Positions 62,864-64,000 of a stretch of 64,000 nt of DNA are shown piece after piece. The translations under genes were made by a program, and so were the position numbers. Under the pieces are notes generated by a model, which saw nothing but the letters and a program-made list of their open reading frames with translations, searched no databases and was not told the DNA's origin. The stretch comes from Thermococcus sp. JdFR-02 (GTDB lineage Archaea; Methanobacteriota_B; Thermococci; Thermococcales; Thermococcaceae), in the NCBI GenBank assembly GCA_002009975.1, contig MTLP01000042.1:192001-256000 (forward strand). The letters are read 5' to 3'. Within the stretch, counting starts at the first letter, position 1. Every line of letters starts with the position of its first letter.

Positions 62864-63556
62864 TCATATGTATCTCTCTATAAGTCTTTTGATTATCTCC
62901 ATATTTTCCTTCCAGTTCTGTATCATTTTGCCGTGTCCAGGTAAGCCTATATAAACCTGAAATTCTCTTAAACGCTCTATGGATTTTATCAAATCTTCAA
63001 AGTTCCCAGTGGGCATGTCAGTTCTGCCAACCGTGTGATAAAAAACAGTATCTCCCGTAAATAAGAGCATTTCGTTTGGCTCATAAAGGCATATACTCCC
63101 ACTTGTATGTCCTGGAGTATGGATAACCTCAAGCTCAAGAGAGCCTATCCTTAAGTAATCACCATCTTTAAGCTTTATATCAACCTTATGAGGTTTGTAG
63201 TGCCTTCCGTAGTAGTATGATAAGATTGTATGGTCATCCCCTTTTTCCAGGCTTTTTGAGGTTTTTTCATGAGAGGCAAAGAAGACTTTAATTCCCAAAC
63301 CTTCAAGATACTCCTTCCAGAGCCAGTTTCCACCAATGTGATCAAAATGTTCATGGGTATTTAAGATAATGGCCCTGCTAACCTCAGAAAGATACATTTC
63401 TCTCTCTACAACAGCTTTATAGGAATTAAAAAAGCTTCCAGTTCCAGTGTCTACTAATAATACTTCATTCTCATCCCTAACCAGATATATGTTTGAATCT
63501 AAACTTATCCCCTTAAACATGACAGTGTTTGGTGGAATTTCTATTGGTATTATCAT
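62864..63556 (-). CDS. Metallo-beta-lactamase-fold hydrolase
   Basis: THEHFDHIGG, HTPGHT, FTGD and PGHG motifs; SD GGAGG before ATG 63556. Confidence 0.9.
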   Translation of the reverse strand: MIIPIEIPPNTVMFKGISLDSNIYLVRDENEVLLVDTGTGSFFNSYKAVVEREMYLSEVSRAIILNTHEHFDHIGGNWLWKEYLEGLGIKVFFASHEKTSKSLEKGDDHTILSYYYGRHYKPHKVDIKLKDGDYLRIGSLELEVIHTPGHTSGSICLYEPNEMLLFTGDTVFYHTVGRTDMPTGNFEDLIKSIERLREFQVYIGLPGHGKMIQNWKENMEIIKRLIERYI

Positions 63557-63577
63557 ATAAATCCTCCTCACTCTTGA

Positions 63578-63637
63578 TGGGCTCCCTTGGGGACCGCCTC
63601 ATCATAAATCAGGAGGGATGAATAACGTCATCGCCCA
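63578..63637 (-). ncRNA. Candidate box C/D guide sRNA (60 nt)
   Basis: Minus strand: TGGGC-GATGA(C)-15 nt-CTGA(D')-TTT-ATGATGA(C')-12 nt-GGGA(variant D)-GCCCA, with a 5-bp terminal stem and TATA-like CTTTTTAA about 25 nt upstream. Confidence 0.65.
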
Positions 63638-63727
63638 ATAAATGTTTAAAGTTTGAAGTTAAAAAGGTTATAGGCATCCTTAGGGAAGTTTATAAGCTGA
63701 AAATTCAAACTGATTATAGGTGAGATT

Positions 63728-64000
63728 ATGAAGGCTGAACGCGCTAAAGAGCTTTTGGTTAATCTCTTAAAAATTCCCTCTCCTTCAGGAAAAGAAGATA
63801 GGTTAGCCTTGTATATCATGGAGTTTCTCCACAAACTTGATTATGACATAGCCATTGAAAGCGATGGCGAGATAATAGATTTAGTCGTCAATCCAGATGC
63901 TGATTTTTTCATTGAAGTTCATATGGACACGATACCCATTAGAATGAAGCCCGAAGTAAGAGGAAACATAGTCTACGGTACTGGAGCAAGTGATGTGAAA
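63728..64000 (+). CDS. M20-family metallopeptidase/deacylase (runs off the window end)
   Basis: Hand translation MKAERAKELLVNLLKIPSPSGKE...VHMDTIP...VYGTGASDVK; SD GGTGAG. Confidence 0.85.
   Translation, partial: MKAERAKELLVNLLKIPSPSGKEDRLALYIMEFLHKLDYDIAIESDGEIIDLVVNPDADFFIEVHMDTIPIRMKPEVRGNIVYGTGASDVK

Noticed and set aside
63646-63834. 62-aa minus-strand ORF
   Set aside because: It is antisense to the M20 peptidase that starts at 63728, which the track missed because it runs off the window.

Overview
AT-rich archaeal chromosome segment that looks like Thermococcales (GGTGA/GGAGG Shine-Dalgarno sites, BRE-TATA promoters, LysW pathway, archaeal AroK, rps8e). Positions 1-32 kb are an amino-acid biosynthesis supercluster. 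On +: aroE-aroK-aroA-aroC-chorismate mutase-aminotransferase-tyrA-serB, an ACT-domain putative regulator, argGH-carAB, the homocitrate genes and lysWXYZJK, then an AAA+/DUF4143 ATPase. On -: a complete his operon (hisZ-G-D-B-H-A-F-IE-C-HAD phosphatase). Positions 32-64 kb are mixed: RFAP synthase/folP, transporters, an ArsR operon, a K+ channel, AlaX, GTPases, an orphan C5-methyltransferase, an acetoin-dehydrogenase-like island with split E2 and no E3, ccdA-thioredoxin, pyrG, rps8e and a candidate box C/D sRNA. The most striking unannotated element is a 34-codon leader ORF ending in four consecutive His codons between the his promoter and hisZ, a candidate histidine-sensing attenuator in an archaeon. 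Second is a 16-bp motif shared by the promoters of the ACT regulator, argG and lysW. No rRNA, tRNA, CRISPR array or transposase was seen. Family assignments come from motifs recognised by eye; no database searches were run.
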